This document shows, in pieces, positions 36,596-49,147 of a stretch of 64,000 nucleotides of DNA. Positions within the stretch are counted from its first letter, which is position 1, and every line of letters begins with the position of its first letter. Position numbers and translations under genes: made by a program. The stretch is from an uncultured Acidobacteriota bacterium (lineage in GTDB: Bacteria > Acidobacteriota > Vicinamibacteria > Vicinamibacterales > CAVVIG01): the NCBI GenBank assembly GCA_963794705.1, contig CAWCFI010000013.1, forward strand, positions 14,523 to 78,522, written 5' to 3'. The notes below the pieces were generated by a model. It did no database searches and was not told where the DNA came from. It was given only the letters and a program-made list of their open reading frames with translations.

Positions 36596-39034
36596 TTACT
36601 GCGTCGCGCTCGGTTCGACTCTCTTCATCTGAAACGCATCGCTCTTGATCACGCCCAGGATGAACGACGACATCCGATAGTCGTTGGCCTCCGCGGCCTT
36701 CGCGATCGCCCGGATCGCCGGCTGATCGAAATACTCGACCCGCCGGCCGAGCGCGTAGGCCATCAGGTTTTCGGTGAAGGTCCGGACCAGCGGCACCGGG
36801 CGCTTCAGCAGCGCCGCGGTCAGCTCGGACGGCCTGGTCACCGCGGTGCCGTCGTAGAAGTCGCCGCGGGTGTCGAGCGGCATGCCGTTCTCGCGCTCGC
36901 GCCACTTGGCGGTCACGTCGAAGTTGTCGAGCGCCAGGCCGATCGGGTCCATGAAGCGATGGCAGGAGGTGCACGACGGGTTGGCCCGGTGCATCTCCAT
37001 CCGCTCACGGGTGGTCAGCATCTTGCCGTTCTTGGCGCCGGCGGTCTCTTCCAGCGTCGGGATGTCGGGCGGCGGGGGCGGCGGCGGCGTCCCCATCAGC
37101 ACTTCCATCACCCACTTGCCGCGCAGCACCGGCGAGGTGCGGTTGGCGAGCGAGGTCTGCACCAGCACGCTGCCCTGGCCGAGCAGGCCGCGGCGCGTGT
37201 CATCCGGATACTCGACGCGGCGGAACTCGCTGCCGGAGACGCCGGGGAACCCGTAGTGGCGCGCCAGGCGATCGTTCACGTAGGTGTAGTTGGCGCGATA
37301 GAGATCGAGGACGCTGCGATCCTCGCGCACCAGGCTGTTGAAGAACAGCTCGGTCTCCTTGCGCATCGCCGCGGCGAGGTTGTCGTCGAAGTTCGGGTAG
37401 TTGTTCGGATCGGGATGGACCTTGTCGACGTCCTGCAGCCGCAGCCACTGCGCGGCAAAGCGCGAGCCGAGCGCCTCGGCGCGCGGATCGGCCAGCATGC
37501 GGCGCGTCTGCTTCTCGAGCGTGGCCGGCACCGAGAGCGCGCCCTTGTTCGCAAGCGCGAGCAGTTCCTGATCCGGCGGCGTGCCCCAGAGGAAGAACGA
37601 CAGGCGCGAGGCCAGATCGAGGTCGGCGACCCGGTAGCTGCCGCCCGGCTTGGCGAGCTCCGGCTCTTTCTCCATCCGGAAGATGAAGTACGGGCTCGCC
37701 AGGATCGCTTCGAGCGCGCTGCGCACGCCCGCCTCGAAGCCGCCCTTCGCAGCCGCCTTGTCGAACAGCGGCGTCAGCCGGTCCAGCTCGCCGCTGGTGA
37801 TCGGCCGGCGGTAGGCGTCGCTGCCGAGCCGCGAGAGAATCTGGCGCGCGCACGGGCGTTCCTCGGCCGCGCTGGTCGGGCGGCAGCTGAAGATCTTCTC
37901 GCGGCTGGCCGTCTCCGAGATCCCGGTGACGCGGTACGGTCCCTTGATGATCAGGTCGCGGACGTGCGGCAGCGTCGTGATGCCGGGTCCGCCGGAGCCG
38001 CCGCCGGCGTACGACCAGTCGTGCGGCCGAATCAGATCCTCGTACGGCCCCTCGGTCTTGCGCACGAACGCCGCGGCCACCAGATGCTGCCCCGCCTTGA
38101 TCAGGATCGGTTCGGTGCGCATCGGCACCGCGCCGCGCCCGTCGGCGCCGCCGGCCGGACCGGTCTCGTACTCGATCAGCGCGACCCGCTCGCCGTCGAT
38201 CGAAATGTCGATGTCCTCGAACCGCGCGTTCGAACCCGACACCAGGTCGACTTCGAACACGTACTCCGCGTCGGCCGGGAAGACGTGCTCGACCACCGAG
38301 CCGCCGCGCGTGCCGTAAGGCGCGCCTTCCACGTGATCCCACGGATGCTGCGACACGTAGCCGGGGCTGCTGTAGGTCGAATCGACCGTCGGCGCGTTGC
38401 GATCGCCGATCGCCATCCGGCTGATCGCGCTCGCGGCGTTGAGGTAGGCCTCGAGCAGCGTCGGCGAAAGCGCCTGCGCGTCGGCGATGTTGTCGAAGTT
38501 GGCGCTCTTGGTGTCGAGCGGCAGCCAGCTGCCGGCATCGACGTCGAGCGCGAGCAGATCGCGAACCGCGCGGGCGTACTCGGGACGGTTCAGTCGCTGG
38601 AAGGTGCGGCCGCCGGGATTCGGTTTGGCCGCCGCGGCGGCGTCGACGTCGGACTCGAGCGCCGTGATCAACGCCGCGTAGGTCGCGGCATCGGGCCGCG
38701 GCGCCAGCGGCGGCGGCATGAAGCCGGCCTGCAGCTTGCGGATCATCTTTTCCGCGACCTCCGGCGTCTGCGCCGCATGCGCGACGTCGAACGCCGCCAG
38801 CGACAGGCCGCCCGCCTTGCCCTTGTCGCTGTGGCAGCCGGCGCAGTAGCGCTTGATGATCGGGTTGAAATCCTGGGTGTGCGCGGCGACCGGTTTCAGC
38901 GCCGCCGGTTTCGCAGCGGTCTGCGTGACGACGGGCTTCGAGGCCGGCCTGGGCGCCGGAGCTTGCGCGCTCATCGCCGCCGCGCACAGGCACGACACGG
39001 CGCCGCTGAGGAACACACGCATGCCGTTGTTCAT
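36596..39034 (-). CDS. DUF1592/DUF1588/DUF1585-type protein with N-terminal c-type haem motif (planctomycete cytochrome C-like)
   Basis: 812 codons from MNNGMRVFL; signal peptide; CAGCHSDKGKAGGLSL; second CxxCH-like CTSCHRFMDP near the C-terminus; track ORF extension to 40000 overlaps the MBL gene out of frame. Confidence 0.85.
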   Translation of the reverse strand: MNNGMRVFLSGAVSCLCAAAMSAQAPAPRPASKPVVTQTAAKPAALKPVAAHTQDFNPIIKRYCAGCHSDKGKAGGLSLAAFDVAHAAQTPEVAEKMIRKLQAGFMPPPLAPRPDAATYAALITALESDVDAAAAAKPNPGGRTFQRLNRPEYARAVRDLLALDVDAGSWLPLDTKSANFDNIADAQALSPTLLEAYLNAASAISRMAIGDRNAPTVDSTYSSPGYVSQHPWDHVEGAPYGTRGGSVVEHVFPADAEYVFEVDLVSGSNARFEDIDISIDGERVALIEYETGPAGGADGRGAVPMRTEPILIKAGQHLVAAAFVRKTEGPYEDLIRPHDWSYAGGGSGGPGITTLPHVRDLIIKGPYRVTGISETASREKIFSCRPTSAAEERPCARQILSRLGSDAYRRPITSGELDRLTPLFDKAAAKGGFEAGVRSALEAILASPYFIFRMEKEPELAKPGGSYRVADLDLASRLSFFLWGTPPDQELLALANKGALSVPATLEKQTRRMLADPRAEALGSRFAAQWLRLQDVDKVHPDPNNYPNFDDNLAAAMRKETELFFNSLVREDRSVLDLYRANYTYVNDRLARHYGFPGVSGSEFRRVEYPDDTRRGLLGQGSVLVQTSLANRTSPVLRGKWVMEVLMGTPPPPPPPDIPTLEETAGAKNGKMLTTRERMEMHRANPSCTSCHRFMDPIGLALDNFDVTAKWRERENGMPLDTRGDFYDGTAVTRPSELTAALLKRPVPLVRTFTENLMAYALGRRVEYFDQPAIRAIAKAAEANDYRMSSFILGVIKSDAFQMKRVEPSATQ

Positions 39035-39059
39035 CGGCCGAAGTTTACACCGCGCGCGC

Positions 39060-39139
39060 GGGGTCAGATCCCGATTTTCGCGTTTCGGCGACACGTGTCT
39101 CCAGATGTCATCAAAACGCGAAAATCGAGATCTGACCCC
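39060..39139. promoter_or_regulatory. inverted repeat with 26-bp arms (1 mismatch) around a central GACACGTGTC palindrome
   Basis: ggggtcagatcccgattttcgcgttt (39060-39085) vs aaacgcgaaaatcgagatctgacccc (39114-39139); 10-bp palindrome at 39089-39098; sits 25-105 nt upstream of the DUF1592 start and abuts the MBL stop. Confidence 0.7.
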
Positions 39140-40035
39140 TACTTCTTCAGCTCCTGATACAGCTGGCCGACGAACCGATCCGCGGTCTGCGGCGTCGCAC
39201 CGGTGACCGTGGCGTCGAACTCCGCGGTCGGCTTCGCCGCGATCACTTCGTCCTGCGTCTTGTTCTGGCGCACCAGCTCGGCGACCTTGTCGCGCACCGC
39301 CATCATCATCGCCTTGTGCGCCGCGACGGCGGTCTTGTCGACGACCGCGCCGTGCCCGGGAACGATCCTGGTGTCGGCGCGCGCCAGCGCGACAATCGCG
39401 TCGAAGCCGGCGAGCATGCCGTTCATCGTGCCGCCGTTGGCGCGATCGATGTTCGGATAGCCGGTCGATCGATAGAAGTCGCCGGTCATGATCACGTTGG
39501 CGTTCGGGAAATAGACCATGGTGTCGCCGTCGGTGTGGGCCGCCGGCACCGGAATCAGCCGGACGTCTTCGCCGTTGACGTGAAACGTCAGCGGCGCGTC
39601 GTAGGTCACCGTCGGCAGCGCGACGGCCGGCGCCGGCACGCCCGGCTGGCCGTTGGCCTGCGGCGCCGGCTTCAGCATCCGCGCGCGCAGGTTCTCGCGC
39701 GCGAAGATCGTCGCGCCCAGCTTGCCGATGTTCTCGTTGCCGCCGATGTGATCCGGATGCACGTGGGTGTTGACGAGATAACGGATGCGGCCGTCGGAGA
39801 TTTGCTTGATCGCCGCGACGATCTTGTCGCCGAGCGGCGCGAACTGCGTGTCCACCATGAACACGCCGTCCGGTCCGGGCAGCACGCCGATGGTGCCGCC
39901 CGATCCTTCGAGCATGTAGAAGTTGCCGGCCAGCTTCGTCGTCTTGATCTGGACCTGGCTGAAGTCCTGCTGCTGCGCCCGCGCCGGCACGGCGACACAC
40001 GCGGCCAGGACGAGACCCGCAATCATCGCTTTCAT
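39139..40035 (-). CDS. exported MBL-fold metallo-hydrolase
   Basis: signal peptide MKAMIAGLVLAACVAVPARA; NTHVHPDHIGG motif. Confidence 0.85.
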   Translation of the reverse strand: MKAMIAGLVLAACVAVPARAQQQDFSQVQIKTTKLAGNFYMLEGSGGTIGVLPGPDGVFMVDTQFAPLGDKIVAAIKQISDGRIRYLVNTHVHPDHIGGNENIGKLGATIFARENLRARMLKPAPQANGQPGVPAPAVALPTVTYDAPLTFHVNGEDVRLIPVPAAHTDGDTMVYFPNANVIMTGDFYRSTGYPNIDRANGGTMNGMLAGFDAIVALARADTRIVPGHGAVVDKTAVAAHKAMMMAVRDKVAELVRQNKTQDEVIAAKPTAEFDATVTGATPQTADRFVGQLYQELKK

Positions 40036-40069
40036 GGCTGACTCCTTCCGGCGACTATAATCCACCGCC

Positions 40070-41086
40070 ATGACCACTGACACGATCGCGCCATCACCGC
40101 AATTGTTCTTCGATACCGCCCAGGCCTACCAGCGCACCGCCGCGCTGCGCGCGGCCATCGAGCTCGATCTGTTCACCGTCGATCGGCGACGGCGCCGACA
40201 CGGTGCCGGCCATCGCGGCGCAATGCAAGGCTTCCGAGCGCGGCATCCGGATCCTCTGCGACTACCTGACCATCGTCGGCTTCCTCACGAAGGCCGACGG
40301 CCGTTACCAGCTGACGCCGGATTCGAGCGTCTTCCTCAGCAAACGTTCGCCGGCCTACTTCGGCAGCGTGGTCGAATTCCTCGGCGCGCCGGCGGTCGCC
40401 GCCTGCTTCGACGATCTGGCCGGCACGGTCCGGCGCGGCTCGATCCCGAAGGCGGACAGCACCGTCGCGGACGAGAATCCGGTCTGGCAGGAGTTCGCCC
40501 GCGCGATGGTGCCGATGATGATGCCGCCGTCGCAGGCGATCGCCGACATCCTCGGCGTGGCGGACGCGGGCCCGCTGCGCGTGCTCGACATCGCGGCGGG
40601 GCACGGCATGTTCGGCATCGCGATCGCACAGCGCAATCCGCAGGCGGAGATTGTGGCGGTCGACTGGGCCGGCGTGCTGCAGGTCGCGACCGAGAACGCC
40701 GTGAAGACGGGCGTGGCAGCGCGCCATACGGCGCTGGCCGGCGACGCGTTCACGGTCGACTTCGGGGCAGGCTACGACATCGCGCTGATGACCAACTTCC
40801 TGCATCATTTCGACGCGGCGACCTGCACGACGCTGTTGACGAAGGTCGCCGCCTCGCTGAAGCCCGGCGGCCGCGTCGCGGTGCTGGAGTTCGTGCCGAA
40901 CGAGGATCGCATCAGCCCGCCCGGACTCGGCCGACGTTTGCGATGCAGATGCTCGGCAACACGCCGTCGGGCGATGCCTACACGCTCAGCGAGCTGACGG
41001 CGATGCTGAAGGCCGCGGGCTTCAGCACGGTCAGCGGCCATCCGCTGCAGGGTCCGCAGACGCTCGTCGTCGGGACCAAGACCTAA
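40070..41086 (+). pseudogene. class I SAM-dependent O-methyltransferase, at least 2 frameshifts
   Basis: dimerisation-type N-terminus, [19 protein letters not shown] motif, C-terminal [16 protein letters not shown]; middle section (ORF 40203-40997) is out of frame; extra g at about 40178 (accgtcGatcggc). Confidence 0.8.
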
Positions 41087-41094
41087 CCACCAAA

Positions 41095-41183
41095 AGCACG
41101 AAACGAAAACCGGCACGAAAACACGAAACACACGAAACAAATACTTTCGTTTTCGTGTGTTCGTGCCGTTTCGCTTCTTTCGC
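41095..41183. repeat. hairpin element built from CACGAAA sub-repeats
   Basis: ggcacgaaaacacgaaacacacgaaa ... tttcgttttcgtgtgttcgtgcc immediately after the methyltransferase stop. Confidence 0.7.
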
Positions 41184-41185
41184 GC

Positions 41186-41212
41186 GTAGTGGCGCAGGGC
41201 TTCAGCCCTGCG
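41186..41212 (+). repeat. REP-like element (gtagtggcgcagggcttcagccctgcg)
   Basis: GTAG head plus 8-bp stem cgcagggc/gccctgcg with ttca loop. Confidence 0.7.
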
Positions 41213-41395
41213 TTGTCGCTATCGCCAATTCTTCCAACGAATACCGATCCGCAGCCGGAGTACAGGTGCGGCGCTTCGCGGTGCACAAGGTCAGGAAATA
41301 CCGCTGGATACCTACGTTCACGCACACACCTGGAAGGCGTCCGGGTCTGCGGAGGCGGTGTTGAGACATGCCACCGACCGCGGCACAATCTAGGC

Positions 41396-41419
41396 CGCAC
41401 GGCTAAAGCCGTGCGCCAC
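41396..41419 (-). repeat. REP-like element, inverted partner of 41186-41212
   Basis: minus strand reads gtggcgcacggctttagccgtgcg; the pair brackets 183 bp of non-coding DNA. Confidence 0.6.
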
Positions 41420-41449
41420 ATGCGATCCACCAGGCAGGCGCGCTACCGT

Positions 41450-42512
41450 CTATTTGCAGACATCGCCGAGATAGCCGCTGCCGCCGCAGTACTTCGAGTC
41501 CTGCAGCTGCATCAGCAGGCCGTCGGGATCGGTGAAGTAGAGCTCCGGCGTGCCTTCCGGCGCGCCGCCGCGGTTCTCCATCCGCATCGACACGTAGTGC
41601 CGCATCGGGCCGACCGGTCCCTGCGCCGCCTCGCGCGGCTTGATGCCGAGCGTCTCCAGCGTCTTCAGGATCTCGTCCGGCTTGAAGCCGTCCATGTTCA
41701 TGCAGGCGTGGTTGATGGTCGCCGGACGCGGCGGCGCGGCCGGCGCGCCGCCGCGCGCGGGCGCTCCGCCGCCGGTGAACATCAGGAACTGCACCGTCGG
41801 CCCCACCGCCAGCGTCGGCGCGGTCGGTCCCTGATACGAGCGGATCGAGAAGCCGCACAGGTCCTGATAGAACTTGTTCGATCGCTGCGAGTCGGTCGAA
41901 AAGATGGTGAGGTGACTGTAGTCGCGCAGCGCGAGCAGCCCTTTCGGCGCCCGCTCCGGCGCGCCGCACACGTTGCCGAGCGGGCCGGCGCCGCCGCAGT
42001 AGCCCGCGTCCTGCAGCTGGCAGACGATGCCGTCGGGATCGCCGAAGCTCAACTCGGCGGTGCCCTCCTTGGCGCCGTTCATGTCGGGGCCGCGCGATTC
42101 GACCAGCGCCTTCATCGGCCCGATCGCGGCGGCCTTCTGCACGCCGTGCGCCGCGAGCGCCGCCAGCGCACGATCGAGGTTGAAGCCTTCCACGCCGAGG
42201 CAATAGTGCGTGATGCTCGGCGCCGCCCCGCCCTGCGACCGGCGCGATCGCCAGAAACTGCGGACCGGCGCCCATCTGCAACAGCGTCATCGTGCCCTGA
42301 CGGCCGCGCACCGGCATCCCGAACAGCGCCTGGTAGAAGTCGATCGATCGCTTCGCATCCGACACCGCGATCCCGATGTGGTTGATCCCGCGCACCCGCA
42401 GCGGCGGCGCGGCGGTCTGCGCGAACAGATGCGGCGCGATTCGCGGAGCAAGGGCCAGTCCGGGAAGCGAGAAGAGCAGATGGCGTCGGCTGATGGCGGT
42501 CATGAAGCGCAT
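41450..42512 (-). pseudogene. multi-module VOC-family protein with Tat signal, one frameshift
   Basis: SRRHLLFSLPGLALA; INHIGIAVSD module in ORF 41403-42512, remaining modules in ORF 41450-42193; junction near 42200. Confidence 0.75.
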
Positions 42513-42585
42513 TATGCCAGCTTGGCCCCCTGGACAACACCGCTTCAGGCTTTGCCGAGGCGGTGCGGCTTATACTCCGCAGCGC

Positions 42586-43761
42586 ATGGCACCCACAACC
42601 GGCCGCGGCTATTCAGCCGCCGAGATGCGCGCGAAGGCGGCGGACGGCACACTGTCCTCCGTCTCGAAATGGGATCTCGACACGCCCGCGCTCTGCGTCG
42701 ATCTCGACCTGTTCGAGCGGAACATCACAACGCTGCGGACCAGGATGGCGGCGATGGGCGTCGCGAGCCGGCCGCACGGCAAATCGCACAAATGCCCCGC
42801 CGTCGCGGCACGCCAGCTGGCCGGCGGCTCGATCGGGATCTGCGCCGCCAAGGTCAGCGAGGCCGAGGCGTTCTCGGCCAACGGCATCGGACCCATTCTG
42901 ATGACGACGTCCAACGTGACGCCGAACAAGATCCGCCGGGCGATGGCGATCCGCGCCGCCAACCCGCAGTTCATCCAGGCGGTCGACTATCCACAGAATG
43001 CGCGTGATCTCAACGACGCCGCGCGGGAGGCCGGCATCGTCGCCGACGTCGTCGTGGACGTGGCGATCGGCACGCGCAGCGGCATCCCGGCGGGCGCCCA
43101 GGCACTGGCGCTCGGAGAGCTCGTCGACACGCTCCCGCAATTGAAACTGCGCGGCATCATCAGCTACGACGGCGCCGCCCAGCACATCAAGGGGTTCGCG
43201 AACCGGCGTGCCTTCACGTTGCAGCGATTCGAACCGTCGATCGAGACGTTCGAGCGGTTTGCGAAAGCGGGACTGAGCACCGAGATTTTCAGCGGCGGCG
43301 GGACCGGCACCTACAACATCCTGCCGACGGCGTCACCCCACGTCACCGATGTGCAGGCGGGCAGCTACGTATTCATGGACTGTCAATATCTCGAGATCGG
43401 CGGCGAGTCCGGCGATCAGCGTTTTACGGATTTCGACGTCTCGCTGACCGTGATCGCCACCGTGCTCAATACCTACTTCGAGCGCTCCATCACCACCGAC
43501 GCCGGCGCCAAGGCGCTAACCATCGACACGCCCGGACCCGCGATCGTCGGCGAGCCTGGCTTCGTCTACAACGCCAGCTCGGACGAGTTCGGCGTCATCA
43601 CGTTCGATCGGCCGGAGCGGACGTATGCGGTCGGCGACAGGATCGAGATCGTACCGTCACACTGCGACCCGGTGGTCAACTTGTACGATCAGATCTATGC
43701 CATTCGCGGTGAGCGGGTCGAGGCAGTGTGGCCGATCGCCGCGAGGGGGCCTTCGGAATAG
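42586..43761 (+). CDS. D-threonine aldolase / DSD1-type PLP enzyme (alanine racemase N-terminal domain family)
   Basis: RPHGKSHKCPAVA PLP-lysine context, GGGTGTY, IVPSHCDPVVNLYD; start chosen at ATG 42586 within track ORF 42376-43761. Confidence 0.8.
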   Translation: MAPTTGRGYSAAEMRAKAADGTLSSVSKWDLDTPALCVDLDLFERNITTLRTRMAAMGVASRPHGKSHKCPAVAARQLAGGSIGICAAKVSEAEAFSANGIGPILMTTSNVTPNKIRRAMAIRAANPQFIQAVDYPQNARDLNDAAREAGIVADVVVDVAIGTRSGIPAGAQALALGELVDTLPQLKLRGIISYDGAAQHIKGFANRRAFTLQRFEPSIETFERFAKAGLSTEIFSGGGTGTYNILPTASPHVTDVQAGSYVFMDCQYLEIGGESGDQRFTDFDVSLTVIATVLNTYFERSITTDAGAKALTIDTPGPAIVGEPGFVYNASSDEFGVITFDRPERTYAVGDRIEIVPSHCDPVVNLYDQIYAIRGERVEAVWPIAARGPSE

Positions 43762-43766
43762 GCCGC

Positions 43767-46565
<2,799 letters not shown>

Positions 46566-46590
46566 GGCAACCGGGATTCTATATTAAGGT

Positions 46591-47595
46591 ATGCACATGA
46601 AATGGACCGTCCGGGTCGCCCTGGTTCTCATCGCGATCGCCATGGCCGCGCCGCGCGCGCAGGAGCCGGCCGCCAAGGTCGAACCGCTGCACTTCCATCA
46701 CATCCATCTGAACTCGACCGATCCGAAGGCGGCCGCGGCGTATTATCCGAAGCCGTTCGCGCTCTCCGCGACGGCGACGACGTTCAACGGCTTCGACGCG
46801 GTGAAGACCGGAAACGTGTACGTGCTCTTCACCAAAGTCGCGACCACGCCGCTGAACGAGCTGACCGGTCCGCAGACGTCGGTCTGGCACTTCGGCTGGA
46901 ACACGCCGAACTCGCGCCAGTACGACGAGAACTTCCGCAAGATGGGGCTGACCATCGCGCAGATGTGGGACGCCGCCGACGGCAAGCTCGTCGACATGTC
47001 GAGCGACACACTCCCGGGCCTGCCGACCCAGGAACAGATTCTCGAGATGCGCGCCAAGGGCACGCAGCCGACGCGCGAGGGCGGCTTCGGCTACCTGCGC
47101 GGCCCTGACGGCGCGATGATCGAGAACGCGCAGGCCGGCACCACCGAGCGCTTCAATCACGTGCACATGTATCACGAGCATCCGGAGTGCGCGATGCAGT
47201 GGTATATCGAACACCTCGGCGCGCGCAGGCCGCAGGGCCGAGGCGGCCGAGGCGACGCACCGACGGCATCGGCCGACTGCCACACCAAGACCTACGCACC
47301 ACCGACCTGGCCCTCGTTCGCCAAGACCGGCTTCGTGCGCGACCCGGCGGGCGGGGTCACCTTCGACGACATCTCGATCTCCATCCGCCCGTGGCCGGGC
47401 GGCGGGCTGGTCAGCACCCGCGGCAAGATCTACGACCACTGGGCGCTCAGCACCGCCAACCTCGATGCGACCGTCGCGCGCCTGAAGGGCGAGAACGTGA
47501 AGTTCCTCGAGGAGATTCACCCCTGGGGCAACTCGCGCGCGGCGATGATCGAAGGTCCCGATCGCATCGCCATCGAACTGGTTGAGATCAAATGA
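46591..47595 (+). CDS. exported VOC-like protein
   Basis: signal peptide; HFHHIHLNS and DHWALSTANLDATVARLKGENVKFLEEI resemble VOC modules. Confidence 0.6.
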   Translation: MHMKWTVRVALVLIAIAMAAPRAQEPAAKVEPLHFHHIHLNSTDPKAAAAYYPKPFALSATATTFNGFDAVKTGNVYVLFTKVATTPLNELTGPQTSVWHFGWNTPNSRQYDENFRKMGLTIAQMWDAADGKLVDMSSDTLPGLPTQEQILEMRAKGTQPTREGGFGYLRGPDGAMIENAQAGTTERFNHVHMYHEHPECAMQWYIEHLGARRPQGRGGRGDAPTASADCHTKTYAPPTWPSFAKTGFVRDPAGGVTFDDISISIRPWPGGGLVSTRGKIYDHWALSTANLDATVARLKGENVKFLEEIHPWGNSRAAMIEGPDRIAIELVEIK

Positions 47596-49141
47596 GGCAG
47601 GGTTCTCGGTTCTCAAGGTTCTCGGGGTTCTCGGGGTTCTCACGGTTCTCGTGGTGCTCGCGGTTCTTGAAAAAAGCCTTACGGCGCAGCAGACGGCGCC
47701 CGCGGCGCCGAATCCAATCGTGGGTCCGCCCCTCGTCCCGCTCGCCGAAAGCTACCTGCGCTGGCCGCTGCCCGCGTCCGCCGCCGCCTACGGACGGATC
47801 GACGGCAATCACCTCAAGCCGTACGTCGAGCAGCTGGCCGCCATCTCACGCAAGAGCCGCGACGCAGGCCAGCAGTGGTGGGGCCGGATCACCGGCACGC
47901 CGGCGCACGCCGAGGCGCAGCAGTTCGTCGCCTCGAAGCTGCGCGGCTTCGGCATGGACGTGCGGCTGGAAGAGACGGCGCTCCCGCCGGCGTGGTTCCC
48001 CACCTCGTGGGCGGTGACCGCCGCCAGCGGCGCCAGGACGGTCGCGTTGAACACCGCGCATCCGGTACTCCGATCCATCGGCACGCCGTCGTCAGGGCTC
48101 GAGCTCGACGCGGTGTACGTCGGGCTCGGCACGCCGGCCGAGTTCTCCGGGCGCGACGTGCGCGGCAAGGCGGTGGTGATCTACAGCATTCCGACGCCGA
48201 GCGCGTTGAACCACTCCGCGAAAACCAACGGCGCCATGCTGCTGGCCGAAGAAAAGGGCGCCGCGGCCATCCTCATCGTGCTGGGGATTCCCGGCAACTT
48301 CTCGACCCAGCTGTGGGGCAGCGGTGGTGAAGGACCGGACCTGACCAGGGTGCCGTGGTTCTCGGTCGGCCTCGACGACGGCACCGCGCTGCGGGAGCTC
48401 ATCGACCGCGGCGATCCCGTGAAAATCCGGATGCGGCTGTCGATCGAATCGCGGACCAACCTGAGACCGTCGGCGGTGTTCGGCGTGCTCCCCGGCGCGA
48501 CCGACGAACAGATCCTGGTCATCGCCCACACCGACGGTTTCTGGGAAGCGGCGGTGGACAACGGATCCGGTGTCGCCGCGATGCTGGGCCTTGCCGAGTA
48601 CTTCTCCACCATCCCCAGGGCGCAGCGCCGGCGGACCATCACCTTCATGGCGCCGGTCGGTCACCACGTGACCCCGGACCTGAGCCTGCAGAAGCTGCAC
48701 GACAACCGCGCCACCGTGTTCCCGAAAACGGCGCTGATCATCAACGCCGAGCACGTCACCACGACGCAGACCTATCTGTACGGGACGCTGCTGCGCAAGT
48801 CGAACGCTGCGACCGCACACCGGTTCTTCGTCGGCGGCAGCCGCGTGCTGGCGCAGATCCTGGTCGACAACTTCAAGCTGTTCGGCGTCGCGCTCTACGA
48901 GCTTCCCTCGACCCGCTTCGGGGTCGCCGGCGATCTCACCAAGCTCACCGAGGATGCGCCCGGCATCGAGGTCATCGAGTCGAATGCGTTCTACCACTCG
49001 GACGAGGACAAGCCGGACGTCGTGCCGGCAGCCGGCCTCGAATCGATCACGCGCGCCTACGCGAAGATCATCGACGACATCAACAAGCTCGATCTCAAGG
49101 ACATCGTCGACCGGCCGGCGGCATCGACGGTGGTGCGGTAA
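47582..49141 (+). CDS. M28-family peptidase with PA domain
   Basis: IAHTDGFWEAAVDNGSGVAAMLGLAEYF zinc-ligand region; TTG start at 47582 is tentative; N-terminus is encoded by the 9-bp repeat. Confidence 0.8.
   Translation: MRSNEAGFSVLKVLGVLGVLTVLVVLAVLEKSLTAQQTAPAAPNPIVGPPLVPLAESYLRWPLPASAAAYGRIDGNHLKPYVEQLAAISRKSRDAGQQWWGRITGTPAHAEAQQFVASKLRGFGMDVRLEETALPPAWFPTSWAVTAASGARTVALNTAHPVLRSIGTPSSGLELDAVYVGLGTPAEFSGRDVRGKAVVIYSIPTPSALNHSAKTNGAMLLAEEKGAAAILIVLGIPGNFSTQLWGSGGEGPDLTRVPWFSVGLDDGTALRELIDRGDPVKIRMRLSIESRTNLRPSAVFGVLPGATDEQILVIAHTDGFWEAAVDNGSGVAAMLGLAEYFSTIPRAQRRRTITFMAPVGHHVTPDLSLQKLHDNRATVFPKTALIINAEHVTTTQTYLYGTLLRKSNAATAHRFFVGGSRVLAQILVDNFKLFGVALYELPSTRFGVAGDLTKLTEDAPGIEVIESNAFYHSDEDKPDVVPAAGLESITRAYAKIIDDINKLDLKDIVDRPAASTVVR
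47601..47670. repeat. 9-bp tandem repeat (GGTTCTCNN, about 8 units) inside the M28 N-terminal codons
   Basis: ggttctcgg-type units translated in frame as (V-L-x)n: VLKVLGVLGVLTVLVVLAVL. Confidence 0.85.
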
Positions 49142-49147
49142 AGGGCG

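Noticed and set aside
36596-40000. 1134-aa ORF in the track that suggests a much larger DUF1592 protein
   Set aside because: The first ~320 codons overlap the MBL hydrolase gene on the same strand in another frame and run through the 39060-39139 inverted repeat. A signal peptide and the conserved haem motif begin at the ATG at 39034.
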